From Macrostomum lignano (Eukaryota): a stretch of 24,438 nt of DNA. Each line of letters starts with the position of its first letter. The stretch's first letter is position 1. The translations under genes were made by a program, and so were the position numbers. This document shows, piece by piece, positions 22,754 to 24,438 of the stretch. The notes under the pieces were generated by a model. The model was not told the DNA's origin, made no database searches, and worked only from the letters and a program-made list of their open reading frames with translations. The stretch covers positions 1 to 24,438 of the forward strand of contig NIVC01005158.1 in the NCBI GenBank assembly GCA_002269645.1. Direction: 5' to 3'.

Positions 22754-24438
22754 GAAAAAGGTCGCTGAAGGAAAACACACACGTTTCCGGAGGGTTCCGA
22801 AAAATTGAGTTCCGAGCAGGAAAATCTGTGGTTTAAATAGCTGCCAACTGGGATAGCGATTTGTTTTACCGGAACACGCCGATTCTGATTGGCCGGGCTT
22901 GTTGCCACCCGAACCCTAAATGCCCAAAGATCTTATCGGGTCCTTCCTAGAAACCCTAAGAATGTGAAAACACGTTGGCCCTAAGTCACGCAGTTTCTAT
23001 AAAAACTGATTTATACATGTAAGTTTTAGCAATTTCAAGTATACAATTGACGTTAAAAATATATGCATAGAATCGAAAGCAGTGAAGAGATTGCAGTGGG
23101 AATATCCTCGAGAAGATCAGAATTAAAACGAATATCCTTTTAAATGTAAGGGCACAGTTGTGAGAATGTCAAATTTCATGATGGATTGTTAAAAATGAGA
23201 AAAGCGCGCGATTCACTTGGTTCGCCTACAGACTCGCGGGCCCGCATCCCAGGTAGCCGCTTAATACTTCGTATACATCAGCATCTTGATAATTTAAAGC
23301 CTCAAAAAGATGCAACAGCATAAAATCTTAAAACCTTCAAGATAGAACATTAAATAGACATGGGATAAGCATGGGAGTAGAAAATGTTAAGGAGAAACCA
23401 TATAGCCATCTAGCAGTAGAATACATGGCACTGAGTGAAGGGTATGCGCAGACATTGTACCTGAGCTGTACGAGCGTAAATCCGTGTTAATCAAATTCTA
23501 AAATCTGTTTTCTAAATTATTAGTCCTTTATCAAATTTTATATTGAAAATGAAGCAGGCACCCGATTCGATGCGCTGAATTTGCGTGGTTCCAGCCAAAT
23601 TTACTTTGACTTCGAGGTCCCAGCTAGCTGAACGCAAAAATGTAAATTTAAATTTGTTTTACATCTGTTGTCTATCTATTTACCATTAACCTTTTCGCGC
23701 CGGAGCTAGAAATACAAAAGCTCCGTTCCTGCCGACATGGTCAGCAGGGCTGGCCATAGACTATAGCTAGAATCTTAATGTGCCGCTGCGCAAAGCCTTT
23801 CTAGCCGAGAAGGGAGCATTTTTTACTTGGCGTGGACAAATCTTGGGTCGAAAAAAGCAGTTTCAAAGTGCATTTCACTTAATGCTCTCTAAATAGATTA
23901 TGCAGTGTGTACACTCGATGTCTAGCAATAGACACTACAGTTCACTTTAAAATCTGCAAACAGGCCTTTTTGAAAGAGAAAGCAAAATCCTCCTTAATAC
24001 GAGTAGTGCATCATTTTATTGAAAAGTAAATCAGCTACAACCATGGACATTTTGCATACATCGGATTATGAGACTGACGATGTCATCACAGAGAATGCTG
24101 AAACCGAGTCGCTGCATTCCATTGCAGATAAGTAGGACATTTTTCACCGTTTATCGTATGATCAGCGCTACTGACCATTGTTTAGCATTTTGACGATCAT
24201 TATTCACATTTTTAAAGCAGAACAATCCATTACTACAAACAATGCATTGTCAAAAATCAGCCTTTAGGATAATGCAATCGTCTATGGTTAAACCATGAGC
24301 ACATTTATTTATTTTTTCACTTAAACTTCAGGATAATGATTTCAAACTCGGGATAATGGACGCCTATTTTTAGAACAAAACAGCAAACACACAACAACAA
24401 AGATTAGCGCTATGGAAAGTTAATTGTGCAGTATCAAT

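Noticed and set aside
22960-24438. Possible MITE or non-autonomous element fragments
   Set aside because: No TIR pair, TSD or ORF could be established by eye.

Overview
AT-rich eukaryotic (invertebrate-like; species not determinable from sequence alone) window that is almost entirely nested transposable elements. I found no recognisable host gene, RNA gene or CRISPR array. Most elements are decayed: two Ty3/Gypsy LTR-retrotransposon remnants, a P-element/THAP9-type transposase fragment, an internally deleted mariner, several LINE fragments and a possible Helitron 5' end. The exception is a 6,569-bp DNA transposon at 9780-16348. It has near-perfect 16-bp TIRs, a perfect 8-bp target-site duplication (GCACAGGT) and at least 11 subterminal GTCGTAC repeats. 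It also carries a 9-exon/8-intron gene that by manual splicing gives an uninterrupted 1,140-aa hAT-like DDE transposase with a DxxH (WDPAH) motif. It looks like an intact, possibly recently active autonomous element of a divergent lineage. Other oddities are a ~1.4-kb 'stuttered' micro-duplication tract inside that element, a 65-bp templated-looking insertion whose removal restores the Gypsy pol frame, and a 214-bp retroposon with a 13-bp TSD that splits a LINE RT. All family calls are from motif recognition, not database searches.
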